Shown: one piece after another, positions 27,305 to 28,855 of the stretch | Layout of the letters: every line of letters starts with the position of its first letter | Position numbering within the stretch: the stretch's first letter is position 1 | IMG/VR virus record: IMGVR_UViG_3300030095_006070 | Coordinates: 1 to 28,855 of that record | Source of the DNA: a virus | Taxonomy: Duplodnaviria; Caudoviricetes | DNA: 28,855 nt | Strand: one strand, 5' to 3' | The notes under the pieces: model-generated | Told to the model about the DNA's origin: nothing | Database searches by the model: none | What the model saw: the letters and a program-made list of their open reading frames with translations, nothing else | Made by a program: the position numbers and the translations under genes

Positions 27305-28753
27305 ATGGTATTAAATCCATTTTTTACTCAAGGAACATCATCTGAGCAAAATCTTGTTCAGGATTTAATAAATGAGCAACTAAGAACTTATGGAGTAGAT
27401 ATTTTTTATCTACCCAGAAAATACTTATCAGAAAATTCTGTTATTAGAGAAGTAGTTCAGTCAAAGTTTGATATAGCACTTCCTCTTGAAGCATATATTG
27501 ATAATTATGATCAGTATTCTGGAGCAGGAAATTTACTATCAAAATTTGGTATTGAATCTAAAGATGAAGTCAGACTTATAATTTCAAGAGAAAGATTTGA
27601 GAACTATATAACTCCATTAATTCAAGATCAGGCAAATATAAAGTTATCAACGAGACCCAAGTCTGGAGATCTTATTTGGTTTCCACTTGATGATAGAATT
27701 TATGAAATTAAAGATGTTGAATATGCAAAACCATATTATCAACTACAAGATCTTTATGTGTATGAATTATATTGCGAACTCTTCCAGTTGGAGGATGAAG
27801 TTATTGCAACTGGAATTGAAGAAGTTGATAATAATTTAATTGGCGAAGATTATGATGGACAAACAGATGATGGTATTAATACAATTCAAGGACCCACACA
27901 AACACTTACTTTGGTTGGTTCTGGAGTAACTGCTACAGCAACTGCTGCTATCTTCGATGGTGGTGTTAGATTGTTCACCATATCTAATAGGGGTGGTGGG
28001 TACAGTAGCGTCCCTACAGTGGGCGTCACGTCCGCTCCAGCGGGTGGTACAACAGCAATTGGTATTGCCACCATGATTGGTGGTATTAACGTCTGCAACC
28101 TCAATGCAAATCCAAGATTGCAATCAGTTCAGGCAGTTAATATTGCCAATTCTGGTGCAGGATATACTGTAGCACCTGGAGTAAGATTTTCTGGCGGAGG
28201 AGATGGAGTTGGAGCAGCTGCTACAACCACAATTGGAGATGGTGTTGTAGGTATCGTAACAGTAACAGCAGGTGGTTCTGGATATGTTTATAATCCAGCA
28301 ATTAATTTTACAAATGAAGTATTTTTAACAGGAGTCACTACAGTTTCTGCTGCTGCAACTGCCATAGTTAGTGCTGCTGGAACTATAACTAACATCTATA
28401 TTACAAATGCTGGTCTTGGATATTCTGTAGCACCAACTATTGTTGTTGCTGGTGCTGAGAGTAGTGGTTCTGGTACATTTGCGTTTAATGAAATTATCAC
28501 TGGTTCTTCTAGTGGAACTACAGCAAGAGTTAGAACGTGGGATGCATCAACTAATGTACTTGTAGTTGCAACAGTTACAGGAGAGTTTACTAAAGGGGAA
28601 ACTTTAGTAGGTGCAACTTCTGGAGCATCATATGAATTACGTATAATTGATGTTCAACCAGCAGATGATGGATTTGCTGATAATATTAATATTGAGACGG
28701 AAGCAGACAAGATACTTGACTTTAGTGAGCAGAACCCATTTGGGATGCCCTAA
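27305..28753 (+). CDS. gp14: Neck protein gp14 with inserted Gly/Thr/Ala/Val-rich repeats
   Basis: LNPFF...SEQNLVQDLINEQL..YG.D..YLPR, SKFG...DE, RP..GDLIWFP and C-terminal ILDFSEQNPFG match gp14; follows gp13. Confidence 0.93.
   Translation: MVLNPFFTQGTSSEQNLVQDLINEQLRTYGVDIFYLPRKYLSENSVIREVVQSKFDIALPLEAYIDNYDQYSGAGNLLSKFGIESKDEVRLIISRERFENYITPLIQDQANIKLSTRPKSGDLIWFPLDDRIYEIKDVEYAKPYYQLQDLYVYELYCELFQLEDEVIATGIEEVDNNLIGEDYDGQTDDGINTIQGPTQTLTLVGSGVTATATAAIFDGGVRLFTISNRGGGYSSVPTVGVTSAPAGGTTAIGIATMIGGINVCNLNANPRLQSVQAVNIANSGAGYTVAPGVRFSGGGDGVGAAATTTIGDGVVGIVTVTAGGSGYVYNPAINFTNEVFLTGVTTVSAAATAIVSAAGTITNIYITNAGLGYSVAPTIVVAGAESSGSGTFAFNEIITGSSSGTTARVRTWDASTNVLVVATVTGEFTKGETLVGATSGASYELRIIDVQPADDGFADNINIETEADKILDFSEQNPFGMP
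27992..28450 (+). repeat. Four G-x-G-Y-x-x-x-P-x-[VI] beta repeats inside gp14
   Basis: GGGYSSVPTV (27992), GAGYTVAPGV (28154), GSGYVYNPAI (28274), GLGYSVAPTI (28412). The same repeat type occurs in gp7. Confidence 0.8.
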
Positions 28754-28756
28754 ATA
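28750..28756 (+). promoter_or_regulatory. T4-type late promoter (CTAAATA) for gp15
   Basis: Overlaps the gp14 stop codon, 36 nt before ATG 28793. Confidence 0.7.
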
Positions 28757-28792
28757 TAGATATCTTAAGATAAAGATCTTGTAGGTTTTAAC

Positions 28793-28855
28793 ATGTTTGA
28801 ATATTTTTACAACGAAATATTGAGGAGGACCATTATATCTTTTGGCACACTCTTT
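28793..28855 (+). CDS. gp15: Tail sheath stabiliser/terminator gp15, N-terminus only (truncated by the window end)
   Basis: MFEYFYNEILRRTIISFGTLF resembles the gp15 N-terminus (MF.YFYN...RR.....G.LF); follows gp13-gp14. Not in the ORF track. Confidence 0.85.
   Translation, partial: MFEYFYNEILRRTIISFGTLF

Noticed and set aside
17086-28123. Short antisense or alternative-frame ORFs inside gp8, VrlC, the BppU-like gene and gp14
   Set aside because: Same shadow effect; all lie within well-supported structural genes.
1-28855. Diversity-generating retroelement, invertible cassette or CRISPR array
   Set aside because: No reverse transcriptase or recombinase, and no long near-identical DNA repeats seen; the repeats are diverged and protein-level.
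1-28855. Apparent abundance of GATC sites
   Set aside because: Largely attributable to Gly-Ser, Arg-Ser and Asp-Pro/Leu/Gln codon pairs; over-representation cannot be shown without a count against a codon-aware null.

Overview
AT-rich (roughly one-third GC by eye), fully plus-strand virion-structural module of a T4-like myovirus, most likely a marine cyanophage. Gene order: 3' end of a GT-A/GT2-like glycosyltransferase, a 48-aa basic ORF missed by the ORF track, a conserved 228-aa hypothetical, a small acidic ORF, then gp25, gp6, a giant 4227-aa gp7-like wedge protein, gp8, a 2523-aa VrlC/DUF4815-like virion protein, three small ORFs (coiled-coil, NblA-like, BppU-like), gp13, gp14 and the start of gp15. 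T4-type late promoter cores ([A/C]TAAATA) precede gp25, gp8, gp13 and gp15, and one lies inside gp8. No tRNA, rRNA, CRISPR array, intron, intein or mobile element was recognised. The leading observations are: (1) an NblA-like phycobilisome-degradation adaptor inside the late structural operon; (2) a G-[IVL]-x-[TS] motif scattered over six otherwise unrelated virion proteins near a glycosyltransferase, a candidate virion-wide modification sequon; (3) nested and split domain architecture in gp7; (4) two small peptides upstream of gp25. All family assignments come from motif recognition and synteny, not database searches.
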